DNA from: Chiloscyllium plagiosum
Lineage: Eukaryota
Reading direction: 5' to 3'
NCBI RefSeq assembly: GCF_004010195.1
Contig: NC_057755.1
Location: forward strand, 9,401,306-9,465,305
Length of the DNA: 64,000 nucleotides
Part shown: positions 38,501-53,500 of the stretch, piece after piece
How positions within the stretch are numbered: position 1 is the stretch's first letter
Layout of the letters: every line of letters begins with the position of its first letter
Translations under genes and position numbers: made by a program
The notes under the pieces: model-generated
Seen by the model: the letters and a program-made list of their open reading frames with translations, nothing else
Told to the model about the DNA's origin: nothing
Databases searched by the model: none

Positions 38501-40330
38501 TCTCCCTCCTCACTTGTCTCCCTGTCTATCCTTTCTGTAGCATTTGTATCCTGGAACATTAAGCTGCGTGTCCTGCCCATCCCTGAGCCATGTTTCTGTA
38601 ATTGCTATGGTATCCCAGTCCCATGTTCCCAACCGTGCCCTGGGTTCACTTGCCTTCCCTATTAGGCCCTTTGCATTGAAATAAATGCAGTTTATTTAAT
38701 TAGTCTTATCTTGTCTCTGCCTGCACTGTCTGTTTGACTCGAGTCTGTTCTCAACCGTACCAATATCAGATTGATTTCTTTCCTCACAATCTCCCTGGGT
38801 CCCACCACCGCTCCCACCTTGCGAGTTGAAATCCTCCCGAGCAGGTGCAGCAAATTTCCCTGCCAGTAAATATTTGCCCCTTCCAATTAGGTGCAATCCG
38901 TCCTTTTTGTATCTGTCACTTCTCCTCCAAAAGAAATTTCAATGTTCCAAAAACGTGAATCCTTCTCCCATACACCAGCTCCTCAGCCACGCATTCATTT
39001 GCTCTATCGTCCAGATCCTTCACTCACCAGCTCGTCGCACCGGGAGTAATCCAGATATTGCTACAGTCGAAAACCTCCTATTTAATTTTTTACCTAACTC
39101 TGTAATCTCCTTTCAGAATCTCAACATTTTCCCTTCCTATGTCGTTGTTTCCAATGTGGGCAATGACCTCTTGCTGGCCCCTCTCCCCCGTGAGAACATT
39201 TTGCACCCTCGCTGAGACATCATTGATCCTGGCACCATGGAAGCAACACAACACTCTGATTTTTCGCTGTTGACCACAGAAATGTCTGTCTGTGCCTCGG
39301 ACGAGAGAACCGCCTAACTCACGGGATCTCTTGGAACCCGACGGACCCCTCGTTGCGTTACAGCCAGTCGCAATACCAGAAACGTGGTTGATCATGCTAC
39401 GTTCCCTTGAGAATCATCACCCCTCCATTTTCCAAAACAGCATATGTTTGCAATGGGTGTATCCACAAAAGACTGCTTTACTAGCTGCCTACCTCTCTTA
39501 CCTTTCCTGGAATTAACTTATCTTTGTGACTTTATCTGAGACTATTCTCCCTTCCGATAACTGCCATCCACCACATAATGTTGTTGTTGCAAATTCCTCA
39601 TTGCTTCTAAATGTCTCTCCAACCGATTCATTCGATCTGATAAGATTCGCAGCCAACAGCATTTATGGCAGATATAATCCACAGTAACCCTTGAACTCTC
39701 TTTAAACTCCACATCCGACAAGAAGTACAAATCACTCTATCAAAAGCCATTTTTGGTCCTTCACAATCTGCAGACCGTGAAAGTAACACCGTCTTATTCC
39801 TCTACAAACACTTCCACATGTTAAATTAATAGCTATGGCTTACATTTTAAGTTTAATCAAGAGACATATCGCCAAAAATATAAAATCAAGAATGAATCCA
39901 TTCAACTCACTACTGTAGATTCTCTGTAGGCCACACTTAAAACAACAATTAAGGTATCTGATTCTGTGCTGTGAACTTCATCCAACAGTTTCACCAAGAT
40001 TAGTTGGGAATTTCACTGTTTGTTAATTTTCCCAGATGGACTCCGATGTCCAGCGATACATGAATTCAAACACCAAAATCAGTAACTGTGCAGGTTTTTT
40101 CTCTCTCTCTCCTACAATGACCTCACCATGTGCTTCCTTTGTCTGCTCTTCTCCCATTTAAAACTGCTGTTGTTTTTACTTTTATTTTCCAAAGTTCCAA
40201 AACAATGGATCAGTATATAATACAGTAATCGCTGCTCCTGGAATTTGAGGAAATCACCTCAAACACCTTAAATACCTCAAAAAAGTAGCAGCTGTTCCAG
40301 CCAATTTTTTTCTCGTCCTCCATCTTGGAT
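35572..40330 (-). mobile_element. Near full-length CR1 LINE (ORF1 zinc finger + SGNH esterase, ORF2 APE-RT), frameshifted; nested SINE ~36025-36305
   Basis: 39542-39730 YICHKC; 39090-39395 GSLVRGTDR...HIGNNDIG; 38180-38491 endonuclease (YRPLN); 36894-37172 QHGFVRGKSCLTNL. Confidence 0.9.
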
Positions 40331-40339
40331 TGTCTTCAT

Positions 40340-42580
40340 ACAATGACAATTTAATGCCCTTAACTTTGGTGGGTCTACTAATGGTGCAGGCAGTGCCTTC
40401 CACGCCCTTGCTATTCTCTGAGTCAATAAACGACCTCCCACATTTGCGCGCTATCTATCACCTCTCAATTTAATGCTATTTGCCTTCTCCAAGCAAGCAC
40501 CATCTGAGGAAAAAGATTCGCACTGACCACCTTATCTAAACTTCTGATTATCTTATATGTCTCAATTAACGCACCTCTCAACCTTCTCGCTATCGAAAGC
40601 AGCCTCAAGTCCTTCAGCTTTTCCTCATAACACCTTCCTTCTACACAATGCAACTTCCTAGTAAAGGTCATCTGAACATTTCCAAACCTTTCACATCCTT
40701 CCTAACATGTGGTGACTAGAACTGCATGCAACACTCCAAGTGGATCTTCATCAACGCTTTTTACAGGCTCAGCGTGATCTCGTGGCTCCAAAACTTAAAC
40801 TCTCTACTCATAATAGCTAACAGGCTGTATGCCTTCCCAACAACCCTATCAAACTGAGTTTCAAATTTCAGGTGTCTATGTGCATGGACACTGAAATTTC
40901 TCTGCTCGCCTACACGACCAAAATCTTACCTTTATCCCAGTAGTCTTTATTCCTGTTGCTCGAGATAAAGTAAACCTCCTCACGCTTTTCCACAACACAC
41001 TCAATTTGCCACCTCTCAGCACAGCTCTGCAGCTTATATATGCCCCTCTGTAACTTGCAACATCCTACAGCACTACCCACAACTTCATCAACCTTATTGC
41101 CATTCGCAAATTTACTTACCAATCCTTCTACGCCATCATCTGCCTCATTTATTAAAAACAGATCGTTGCGATACACCTGTAGTAGCTGAACTCCAGGACG
41201 ATCATTTCCCATCAAACGCCGCTCTTTCTTCTTTCATCTAACTCATTTCTGAGCCAAATTGCTAAAACGTCCTCAATTCCATGCTTCCGTTTTTTGTGTA
41301 CTATCCTACTATGGGAACCTTTTCAAACGCCTCAGTAAAATCCATATATCGTATATCAACCACAATATCCTCATCTACCTGCTTGGTCACCATAATCAAG
41401 AGGTATGGGTGGCAGGGTGACTCATTGATTAGCACTGCTGCCTCACAGTGCCATCGACCTGGGTTTGATGCCTGCCTCGGCTGACTGTCTGTGTGGAGTT
41501 TGAACATTCTCCCTGCGTGTGCATGGGTTTCCTCCCACAATGCAAAAATGCACAGGTCAGTTGAATTGGCCATGATAAATTGCCCGCATTGTTGGGTACA
41601 TTAGTCAGGGTCAAGTATATGGTAGGGGAATGTTTTCTGAGCGGTTTACCCTTCGCAGGGTTGGTGTGCACTTGTTGGCTGAAGGACCTGTTTCCATACT
41701 TTAGGGAACCTACTCATCGAATGTAACTCAATATGGTTTGTGAGGCAAGACCAACAATTCACAAAACGTTGACTATCCCTCATCAACTTGTTCGTTTCTC
41801 AATTATTACCAATTCTATCTCTTATAACCTTTTCCAACACATTACTCTCAACGGAACTAAGTCTCACTGGTTTATAATTATCAGGTTTGTCTCAACCATT
41901 CTTGAACGAGAATCCAACATTTGTTATCTTCCAGTTTTCTGGCACTCTTCCTGTTGACATCGACGACATAAAGATCAAAACAAAGGCTCTGCAATCTTCT
42001 CCCTGGCTTCCCAGAGTATCCTTTGATAAGTACCTACCAGCCAAGCGAATTTGCATATTTTTACACTTTCCAGAATTGCTTACACCTCTTCCTTCAGAAC
42101 TTCAATCCCGTCCAATCTACTCGCCTGTATGTCAGTACTCTCCTCGACCACTTTGCCCTGCCTGACATGTACATACTTATCAAGGACATGCAGTATTTGT
42201 TCCTTGAATAAGTTCCAATTTTAATTCTGCCCATGCTTTGCAGTTTCCTTCCCTCTCTTCTGCATTCTAAATCTTCCCTAATAGCATCACACTTGCCTAT
42301 CCCCTAGCAATAAGTCCTGTCTTGCATTAAGTATCTATCCCTTTACATAGCTGAACAAAACATAACCGAACTGTGGCCATTATAAATAAAATGCTCACCT
42401 GGCCAGGTTCATTACTCGTTACCATACTAATGCAGCCTCGTCCCTTGTGGGCTTGTCAAGGCACTATCTCAGGAAACACATTGTAAAAAATAACCCTCAC
42501 CCATATGAAGTGTTCGAACTATAGTAATTCCAGACATATTTGGAAAGTTAATGCCCCCATAACAACTACCCTGTTAATTT
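40340..42580 (-). mobile_element. Older CR1 LINE fragment with nested HE1-type SINE (+, ~41405-41710)
   Basis: ORFs 40465-40671, 40910-41215 and 41301-41573 (YMDFTEAFEKV). Confidence 0.8.
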
Positions 42581-43424
42581 GTAATCATAGTCTGCTCCAA
42601 ACGACAAATTTTGAGAAAGTTATTTTCATGTTGTGGTCATGAATGTGTCAGTGAATATCATAGATTCAAAGTGAATTACAGCAGAGAAAATGGACAACTA
42701 GCAAATCAAGTATTCAGCAGTCCAAAACAGCCACCGAAATATTCTATTACCATTTTCCAGCACAAGGCCTAGAAACATTGTATGCAGTGGCATTGTAAAA
42801 ACACATCTAATTATTATTTAAATGTCATGAATGGCTCCACCTCTGACAGTCTTACAGTTATTCAGTTCGAAATTCTCATCATCCTCGGAATGAAAACATT
42901 TTTCATCTAATTTTCACAAAGCCGTTTGCCCTTAACTTACATCTAGGCCCCATGGTCACTGATACTTCTGATAATGGGAAAAGTGTCTTCCGGTCTACTT
43001 GCCCATGCCACTGAAACGTTTGTGACTTGCAAACATGTCTGCACCCAACCTCTTCTGCTCTAATGCTTGCACTATCAATTATGTTACTTACCTCTCTGCA
43101 TAAATCATTATGTCAAGCTCAGGCAACATTCTGTTAAATCACTTCGCGATTTTCTTCAGTTCAACAGCAATCTCCTAATTATGGGGATTCTGCAACTGCG
43201 CACAATGCAGAATTTCCAAAAGTAGATTGTCCATTTCAGTCACACGTTCACTTTAGTGAGATGCAAAATTCACCAATACTGATGTTCTCTGTTTGCCAAT
43301 TTGAAAAAAACATTTAATTTTAAAGTACACAACATTGTCTCCCTTATTTAACCTTGAATTAATTATTCTATAGCTGTGATTTGGATTACACCAAGAAAGT
43401 GAGATGATGTCGGGTTGTCGGATT

Positions 43425-43507
43425 GAACATGAACTCAAAAATCTCAGCATTCTTCCAGCTTCATCTGCGATAGAGGGTGGATTTCCAAAGTCTCTCCGGT
43501 AACAATT
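43425..43507 (-). pseudogene. Isolated GPCR ECL3/TM7 fragment
   Basis: Reads YRRDFGNPPSIADEAGRMLRFLSSCS; closest to 34065-34146 of pseudogene C. Confidence 0.75.
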
Positions 43508-44261
43508 GAGTCTTAGGAATATACTTTATTCAAATTGTTGAGAATGAAATCATGACATTAATGGGAGTACAATTGAAATTATTAAAATTAACCCATGTTT
43601 AATCGTATGTCAGCTGTTTGGCATCTCGAACCTGCTGTTCCTTTTTATTGGAACAGTGTTGATCTGCCTCTACCCATGTCCACTATGCAAGCAACTTTCA
43701 ACTTAGGAACAGCTGGACGCCATTCAGTCCCACTACTCATTTAAAATTTGAAAATAAATAAAATCCACATTTTTCATTCGGAGGACAGTGTGTGTGTGGA
43801 ATGACCCGACAGTGGAACTGGTGGAGGTTGGTACAATTACAAAATTTGCAATGAGATCGGGGCTGACCTGTGGACTTTTTCCACACTTGTGCCTTTGATC
43901 TTTCGCCCATCATACATTTGCTTTATAAGCAATATTGAATTTTGGTTTAAGATTAGCATTCGCTCCAACATACACTTTCATTTATGGTTGGAAATGTCTC
44001 CTAACAACTCTCCTGAACGGTATGACAGTAATTCTCAGACTATGTTCTTCTATCTAGAATCTCCAACCAGTGGAAACACTGTACCTTTATGACTTCTATC
44101 TTCACTTATTGTATCCGTCAAGGCATGAATCAGATTACCTTTTCACTTCCTTGAGAAACCAGACTCAAGTTGTAAATTTCTACTCATAAGCCATAAACCC
44201 CAGTGACCTAAATTGTAAATGTACGTTGTACTCACCCAAAGGCAAACATATACTTGTTAAG

Positions 44262-44510
44262 GGCAGTGTGGTGGCTTAGTGGTTAGTATTGCTGCCTCAC
44301 AGCAATAGGGACCCGGGTTTAAACCCTGCCTAGGGTAACTGTTTGTGTAAGTGTGCTCTGGTTTTCTACCACAATTCACAGAAAAGCAGGTCAGGTGAAC
44401 TGGTTATGCTAAATTGCCCGTTGTATGAGGTGCATTAGTCAAGGGTAAATATAAGGTAGAGGAATGCTTCTGGGTATGTCGGTGCAGACTTGTTGGGCCA
44501 AATGGCTTGT
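44262..44510 (+). mobile_element. HE1-type SINE
   Basis: gtggcttagtggttagtattgctgcctcacagc...ggacccgggttt. Confidence 0.75.
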
Positions 44511-45552
44511 TGAATGAGGAAGATGGTTGCGTTTGGTTGCGAGAGACAGCCAACTGAAATGGACTCCAGTAGTGAATTTAGTGAATAGTCATGAGTCAAT
44601 GAATTGTGTATGCATTGAAGTACACAAATAACATAAGGCAAAGAGTTCTTCGAAATGTATGCATCTTTGTAGGTTGATCGTTCTTTTTTTTAAGCAGGAA
44701 TGTGAAATGATAACATCAGTTTCAAATTTGAATTTTGTCCTTTTTCATGAAGGAAGCTTCATCGAGAGATACGAAGTGTCTTCCCAAGACCAATTAAATA
44801 AATAGCCAGTGACTCCTTGATATATTTTAGTTGGAGCTGTGCACGCAGCGTGAATGGTGGGGTCAATCTCCCACAAAACCAGGATTAATACTTCTGGTGT
44901 AGGAGTCTTCAATCTGGATGTTGAAGCTGTTATTCTTCTGCCTGTTACAACTAAATACTGGCGTTCTCCTCCTGCTGCTAAAATTGCATGTGAGACAACA
45001 TATTTCAATTAATTTGCCTTTGCCAAGGGTATGTTGATGTGATTCTTTGACATTGGAACAGTGATTCGTCGACACACATGGAAGCCTCAATGCTATTTAT
45101 TTAAACATCCTGATAAACAGTTAAGCGAAGTCTATTCCATTATTTTCATTTTGTGTTTATTACAATTGTAGTGCAACATGAAAGTGATTGTTTTGTGATA
45201 AGCTAATTGTTTCACCAATCAAATTACCTCTGAAAGCAATTGCTTTCAAAATAATAAAAGGTTAGGGAAGGGACTATTGTCTTAATGCATTTTGAGTGGG
45301 GTTGTTCGAGTCCATAAAACAGGAAACATTTTTTCTAAGATGAGGAAATATCATGATCCACCAGTAATGACTATACCAATGTTAAAATATGGAATAACAC
45401 AGATACCACATTATTCGTCAAGACAATAAAGATTGATGAGCATTATTGTTTTTTTTCTCTCCATTTATGATCTTTATGCAGACATGAGGAGAAAAATTGG
45501 TTATCATTAAAAGCATGAGTGAGCTTGACAATTTGTTTCTGCCAATAGACAT

Positions 45553-46472
45553 TTAAATACTTCTTCCTTTACTTTTCAAACATTTTACAGTGAATGCACA
45601 GGATAATTTGAATACATACATTAGCTCTTTTCTGAATTTCCTCTGGGTTACTGCGTAAATACATGTGTTTGAACAGGAACTTAAATACCTCAGCATGGCT
45701 CCAGTTTCGACTGCAATGTATCCTGGATTTCCAGGGTCTCCTCGGTAATAATTGGGATTTGCGATTCTGGTCATTACAAGGTTTATCACAGTTGTCATCC
45801 ACAACAGAATGAAACTTCCCGAGATAGCAAAGAGTAAGACAATACATTTCTTTCGATTCTTTAACTCTGGATCACATTGTTTGTAAATTGTGTGATTCTG
45901 AAGCCCTCTGCGTGCTTTACTTTTGACAAGTATACAACTGATGGTCAGTGAGTTAAACGAGGCAATAAAAATGAAAGGCATCCAAACTAAACAGATGCTG
46001 TAAAACCAGATGTATACAAAACCTGCAGTTGAAGAAAAGAAAGCCACACTTGCCTTACAGTTCCACTTCACATTATTAATAATGTGTTCAGATTCATATG
46101 CAAAAAAAACTGGGATATCCTTGATGCACATGAGGACACAGCAAATTGTTATGACTGTGCGTGCAATTCGCTCAGTGCAATATATTATCTTTAATTTTGG
46201 ACAGCAAATAACGACAAAGCGATCAAAAGTGAATGTGACAGTAAACCAGACTGATAAATCAAGTATAACACAAACCATATAAAAACTAAATTTACAAATC
46301 TGTGTATAAGAGAGAAAAGACAACGGAAAGTGATACGTAAGAATGCTATAAATTATTACATTGATGATTATGACCAATAGGTCTGCTGTCGCCATGGCAA
46401 GTATATAGACAGAGATGCATTTCGAGAGGCCACAGGTTCCACGCACGAGAACGACAATCGTCATTATGTTCA
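45553..46472 (-). CDS. GPR139-like class A GPCR, copy E, coding exon 2 (intact; 329 aa with exon 1)
   Basis: 306-aa ORF with TM segments, MATADLL, TM3 Cys plus ECL2 WNC, TFDRF, NTCIY, helix 8 KFRKEL; acceptor ttacag|TGAAC. The ORF-track GTG start is the split codon. Confidence 0.93.
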
Positions 46473-47596
46473 CTGTAAGTAAGATCAGGAATGTTGACTT
46501 ATTACTTCAAAAAATAACAGACAAATGAAACATCAATAGTAGGCCAAATTACTAGTGCACGCTAAACACCAACATCTGGAATTCCTGATGACAGATTATG
46601 ACTTAGTAATTAGCAAGCACTACTCACCTCAAATGACCTCTGTTTTAATGAGTTTAATTTGAAGTTCTGCTCTGGAAAGTGACAATCGAAGTGAAAGAGT
46701 CAGCGAGGATTTCCACAGATTTAAAAATAAGACTGTTGAGACATGACCAGTGGGGAAAAAGTGACCTATTCTAATACCATTTTCTCGCACTATGTCTATG
46801 ACTTTGGTTAAATAATGCATATTTGCGTACTTCTTAAATGCTGTGAGGGATGTACAACTAATTTAAATACAAGTTATAACTAATTTAAATACTAATTTAA
46901 ATCTATATCTCTTGCTCATAGTGCCCTTCCGGAAAGAGAACCCTTCAACTGCTATTTTTGCTCAGTGCAAGTGCAATCATATTAGCTCACCACTGCGCCC
47001 ACCCACCCCCGCCCCCCGTCACATGCATTCTAGAACTGGGCACAGCACAAATCTTCCAAACAGTAGCTTCCCAAGTACACTTTAGAGGCATGAAAATTCT
47101 TAATTCCTTAATATTAATGTTCTGTGTCAGCAGCTTATTGTGGTCAATAATTATCAAAATGACAACTTTGTTGGATAGACCACAGCTATTCCTATTGACA
47201 GAATGTCGTAAACTGGACCCTACGCCATAAGTATCATTGAGAAATGGATAATGCAGATCATCAGATTATTTACATGCAGATAATATTTTCTGACATGAAC
47301 GCATCAGTCTTAACACCTGAAAACTTAATGTACATGGAAGCTAATCAACATTCAAAAACGAACAGTTTTCAAGAAACATCAATCAACCCCAGCCAATGTC
47401 TTCCCAACATATTGTCTCGCCAAATTCCTCAGGTTATTAATTGAAGTCTGCCCCGCTCCAATGTCAGAAAGAAACTATTTTCATGGAGCTAGGTTTAAAA
47501 CCGAACGAGAAAGAAACAGAAGGATTGAGATGCAACAACAGAACTTTCTGGAAAACCTCAGTAGGTGTATTGGAGAAACAAAACAGCATTTATTTG

Positions 47597-48127
47597 TAAG
47601 ATTATGAATGAAACACGTACAAAAGAGAACACAGTAACAAATAAATCAAGCTGTCCAAAAACCCAACAGATCATCATAACTTAATGATGCTGTTCCAAAA
47701 GCTTGCAACAATCCCCATAAACTCACTAGGCACAACAGTTAAAGTCAAACACAGTGGCTTAAAACATAGAGATGTTAAGAGAGAGAGAGAGAGATGGCAG
47801 CATGAAACACCCTCTTCCAATGTACTTGTAACTTGGAGCAGCAGCCATAATAAAAGACTGACTGCTTTCAGTGAATAGCCAGACTTTCAAAAAGCAAACC
47901 AATCCAGAGACAGGCTGAGCTGGGAGAGCTGATAATTCCGTTTACATTGTACAAGATATTTTTTTTGAAAAATTTGAAGCCTTTTGCATGACGCAGTACT
48001 TGTTAACTATAATCAACTCGCCCAAAAAGCCATCCTAACCAGTCTTTTCGGAATCCCTTCTATGACCTCTCTGAAAAAAAACACTTCAACCACAACAAAA
48101 TGTTGTTAATGGAGCAGCATCATCACA
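47597..48127. mobile_element. Solo-LTR-like repeat in intron of copy E
   Basis: Paralog of 1790-2327. Confidence 0.5.
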
Positions 48128-50442
48128 GTCGCATCAAAATCTTCTCCCATTCTTTTGTAAACCCTTTCATCTCCAACAAACGCAACATCAGCATTCTGCC
48201 GGAGAAGATAGGTGATCACCAAAGTCTCTGAAGAAGCAGAAGACAGCCAGCATGGAAAAATATATGAAACTCAACCAGTGTGGTTAAATTCAGTAAGACG
48301 TAATGGGGATATATTGTTGAGATGTTCAACGAAAATTATTTGAAACGCAAGATGCATTGCATGCCTAATAATTTCAAGGCCAAAAACAGAAATTTTGTTT
48401 GGAATCTATGACTGAATATAATATTAAATAATGATCAATAACCTATTTTGGAGGATTTTTGAGAAGGAAAAGGAACAGTCCATGAGAGCACAAAGACAAG
48501 ATTTTGATGATATGGATAAATGTGATCGAAGCAGAAAATCATTGGAATTCTAGTTAATTCAATTAGCCTCTGAAGAGGAAGTTTTTAAAAAAATTAAGAT
48601 CATTAAAATTTCGTGTTTTTTCGCAATGCTATCTGCATTTAATCAGCATTTGGATAGTAAGCATATGATTGGGGCACATTTTGCATATAATGCAGATGTC
48701 CAAATAGATTTCCATTTTTCATTTGGGGACTTTGGTAATCAAACCATAATGCAAAATAGAGCAGATGGAAAGATATGGGAAGGGATTATTCAGGAATCGC
48801 TACTAACGAAATGGAATTATTAAGCGAAAGATTATCAAAACCAAAGGCCTCAATTGGTTATGGATACAGGGCAGAGAAATCTAAATTAGGAGTTACAGCT
48901 TGCAAGATGATTTTCATCAAAATGGTGAAAGGAACACAGCCAAAATTAAACGAAATTCATGTTTTAAGTGATGCACAGCAAGGGAGCAATATATGATCCA
49001 TAAGAAGGAGTTGATTTCCTTGCCAATTCAGCATATGCCAATGGCAAGAATACAGTTAACATTGTATCTGAATTCCATTTATAATATGGAGAAAGAGGTT
49101 ATGATGAAACAGATAGAGACTGGATTCTATAAAGTGATGCATTCTCTTGTTCATATAAGTTAAGCACAGCAATCTGAAAGCAGGATGCTGAGATAGTTAA
49201 AAGCACGATCAAACCGAAAATATGATAATAGGAAAAAAGTCTTAGAATGTGCCAGACTTCCAAATTCGTGTACCTCTCTTTCTATTTTGTTTCACAGAAT
49301 ATCATCCTCTTTACTCAAGGCAACTATGGGTGACCATCTCTAATTGAGCTTGAGAATATAGTAGAGAGCCACAAATTGAATTTAGCAATGCGTGTTGATG
49401 AAACAGTTGCAACGAACGTTTTATGAAGGACATTCAAATTCACCAGTGATAGCCAGGGAAACTATATAAACCCACTTACACTTGTAGTTTATTTTTATCA
49501 TGCACAAACTCAAATTCAGGATGTCCAATACCACGTGCACCGACGTTACTGTGTTCTGAACATGGTGAACAACATTGATACATTGTCTAATTGCACCAGG
49601 GAACAAGTATTCAAGAGCGAGTGTCTTGCATTTAAGAAAAATGCAAATGATGTCGTCAAGTGTCAGGAATCAAAGTCATAAGTCTTCAAGGTTACCGTGC
49701 ATTTGTGTACATGAATGAAGAGGATTGGGCACGTTATACAGGGAAAACCAATCCATAAAGAATTTGGATGTTTTCCAAATTCATATGCATGTTGTCATAC
49801 GAAATGATATTTACATAGCGATTAGAACAATCAAGTGCACCACAAGAGAGTATTGAATGAAAGTTAGGAAATTTGGAATCCTCTTCTTTTCGGCTGTCTT
49901 TTACTTCAGTAAATCTGAAAGGGTTGAATCTATGGCACCCAAAAGATTGGACGGGGTAACCACGGATACCTACTGCAAACACAAAGCGTGTAAAGCATCC
50001 CAAATTACTTTTGGTTCATACATTTGTCATTGAAATTGGTTGAAATATTAATGTTAAAATATTAAGCACAGCAATAAGAAAATTTTCGGGATTCCTGTCT
50101 GAGTAACAATGGAATTGCTGTACAAATAGAGTGGCGATAAGAGTAGGCATGATACGAGCAATACTGTAGAAAGTAATTCACCTCCTGATTTCCCAAAGCC
50201 TGTCCACCGTCTACAAGTCAGGATTGTTAATCACTTTTCGTTGATTTTAAACCTCAATCATATGGGAACAAAATTGACACCTCCAGGAAACAGGGCCAAT
50301 GTGAATACATGGTTTAAGAGTGCATGGAAACATCTGCCCGTGCATCATTGAGATTCGAGAAATATTATAGCTTACCCAGAATAGATTTGGTACTCTGAAG
50401 CAATTCACACAAATTGACGATATAAAGTTGAAACCGACTTAC

Positions 50443-50512
50443 CAGGGAAACCAATTGTTGCAAGAATTGGATAATATATCTCCTTTATCAACAGAATCAG
50501 TGGCCGTTCCAT
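50443..50512 (-). CDS. GPCR copy E, coding exon 1 (MERPLILLIKEIYYPILATIGFP)
   Basis: 70 nt from ATG at 50512 to consensus donor G|GTAAGT; phase matches exon 2. Confidence 0.9.
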
Positions 50513-53500
50513 TTTTCTGAGGAAGGATTATTTCTGTTTGACGTGAGGGACTCAAAAAAGTGCTTGCCAGCGCCAGAGGAGGCATCTTCTCTTTATCTGC
50601 ACTTCACCCCTCAAAGGAATTAGCGACGTCGGTTAAGAATAAAAATTGGGTGCACAATTCTGACTAATAGGCTCACAAGCAGTTTTTTTTTGTTCAAACA
50701 TATGAAGACACATCATTAAAATAACTGTTGATTCAAATTACGAAAAGATATTGATCAGTTGGATCAATGGGCTGAGAAGTGTCAGATAGAGTTTAATTTT
50801 GGTAAATGTGAGATATTGCATTTTAGAAAACAAACAAGAGCATGACTTATACAATTAATGTTAGCGCCAAAGGTGGTGTTGTCGATCAGAGAGACATACG
50901 TGGTTTTGACTTTTTTTTTCACAACTTTTTATCACAGGTCAGTAGGGTGGTTTAGGAGGCGTTTATCACGTTGCCTTACTGGATCAGAGTTTTGATCTTT
51001 GAGCACAGTAGTATCTGCTAGAATGTGTATATCTTCAAAACGAATTGGCCATAATACGATTGATAAATATTTAGTGTTGTTTGTGGAACTGGAACTTCTG
51101 GTAAAAGTGTTTTGAACAGTGCGGCTACTGCTTCGTTTTCATATAATATGGGATCGCACATGAATAAACTATCATGTTACTTCACAACAGATGGTATCAG
51201 AGTTGTGCCACCGCGTTGAGGTTTGTACAGAACGTTGAAGAGTCCTCTTCCATAGTACCATATGCGGTTCTATTAGTCGTGTCACCAGAAAAAAAATATT
51301 AATTTGGAGAGGGGTCGCAAAGGATTTTCAAGAATGTTGCTGAAATTGGAGGTTTTGAGTTATCAAAATAGGCTGGATAGTATATGAAGTTGAGTGGAGA
51401 CCCAATAGAGGTTAATAAAATCACGAAGGGCAAACATAAGCGAGCGTATATTCCAGAGAGTGGCGGAGTTCACTTCTAAGTGGTATAAGTTCTGAAAGTT
51501 AGACGAGAAAGTTTTTAAAAGAACATGAGTGGCACCTTTTCTGACCGTGTATGATTTGACTGTGGAATGAACTGTTATAAAACATGGTGGTTTCAGGTAT
51601 AGTTACAACTTTTAAATTACCTTTGGATAAGTGTTTGAGTAGCTATACTTGGAAGGGATGTGGGTCAAAAACAGGCAAGTGGCAGCATGGTTGGTGTAGA
51701 CCAGTTGGACTGAAACGTCTGTATTGACGACTTATAACTCTTTGACTCTATCTTATTTGTTAATACCCTTATTTATTAATGATGGGTGTCACAACTACGA
51801 ATGGAGTGGGCAGCAGAGGGTGCAAACGCCTCGATGTGAAACCTCTTACTTGAGTTGAAATTCTGGAATGCCTTTGCTTGAGCATCATTCATAATTTCAG
51901 TAGACCGAGCAGCTGTTAATTAAAATGACCTGATGCCAGCATGGCGGGTTTACTTCTTGCTGAGGCTGTAGTCTCGACTGAATTTTCCACTCCAATATAC
52001 TTTTCTCTTGGTTGAGATGTGGTGACACTGAATTTAAACCAGCACCATTTGTCTGTCTGTGTAACGAGCCATCAGTCCTATGACCCAGTGCAACGTTAGT
52101 GAATTTGTATTTGCTTAATCACACACTGTTGTCCTTGTCCACGTTTTGATTGAGAGCATTATCCAAACATTTCCTTCCTCACTGAAAAAATTGCTGTGTA
52201 TACTGCCTCAATGAACAATGTTGCATGGAAACAGTGAAAGTAGAAAATATGAACAGTAAAGTCATTACTTGCAATGTCATTTTCGCAGCATCTATCTCAC
52301 ACTGACACTTTATGAGATCACCACTGATCTGAGAGTAGCACAGATCAATTCTCCTGTTTCTCTATTGCCCACTACGACTCATACACCCGCCTCCCTGGCA
52401 CATTCTTGGAACCCGTTCTCAATCAGAAATCCATCAATCTCAGCCTGAAATGCATTTGGTTCCCCAACTAACACTACAGGCGGGGAGGAGATTTCCCAAG
52501 CCCTCAGAAGTCTCTGAGAAACAAGCTTCATGTCGGTCTGCAATGGCAGATGAATACGTAAAATTGAATTGGACTCTAAGGTTTACGAGTGGATTTCTGT
52601 ATTCGTAATGAAACGAACAGTACAAAATTCCTCACACGGACTGCTTACACAACAAAGAGCTTCCAGGCATCGCTCCTGAACTTCCCAGCTCTAATTCTCA
52701 CAGTGTGCCCCCTCATTGCAAAATAGTCTTACAATGGAAATACTGTATTTTTTTAATCAAAGTTCTTTTCATGTCTTAATATCTTCAAAAACTTAATGAT
52801 TCACCTCTGAACTTTCTAAGTCTTTCAGGAAGCAGCGTTAATTTGCAAGTTTATCCTCATAACCCCTGGACTCCAGTTACCATCTTGTAAACCTATGTTA
52901 TATTAACTGTAAGTTGAAGATGTTCTTGGTAAGATATTGTGAACCTACATGTCAAGAAAAATACATCCTTGCCTCTTTCCAGGCAAAATACTAATGCTGT
53001 GAAATAACAAATTAATCAAAGTATTCTGCCTGACATAGTTATTTTTAGCTTGCTGATGAAAGGTGAATAGTAATAAAGGAGTGCACTGGGGCAACTTGGG
53101 TGATCAAGGAAGAGGAAGGTAATTTGGACTGGAATCTCTTGCGGATCATGCAATTTTCAGCAGAGTTATTAAAGAACCAAAATTTGTTTGGAAAAACTGC
53201 ATGACAGTACTGCTATAGGCAGGATTTAATTAATAGAACAGTCGATGAATCAGGAGTTCAATTTTACAAGTTTGCTGATGTGGAAGTAAAGCTTATTTGG
53301 GATGGCATTGTTAAATGGTCAGAGTCCTAAATAAGGTAGATATGCGAGTGTTTGGCCCGTTGTGGCTAAAGACAGAAGTCGTTCGATAAGAGCGTATAAT
53401 ACAACAGATGTACTTAACATCACAAGCTTTCAGAACCCTACTCCTTCATCAATTTAAGTGGATGGACAAACACCGGCATAGAACGTCTTGATTGAGCGTA

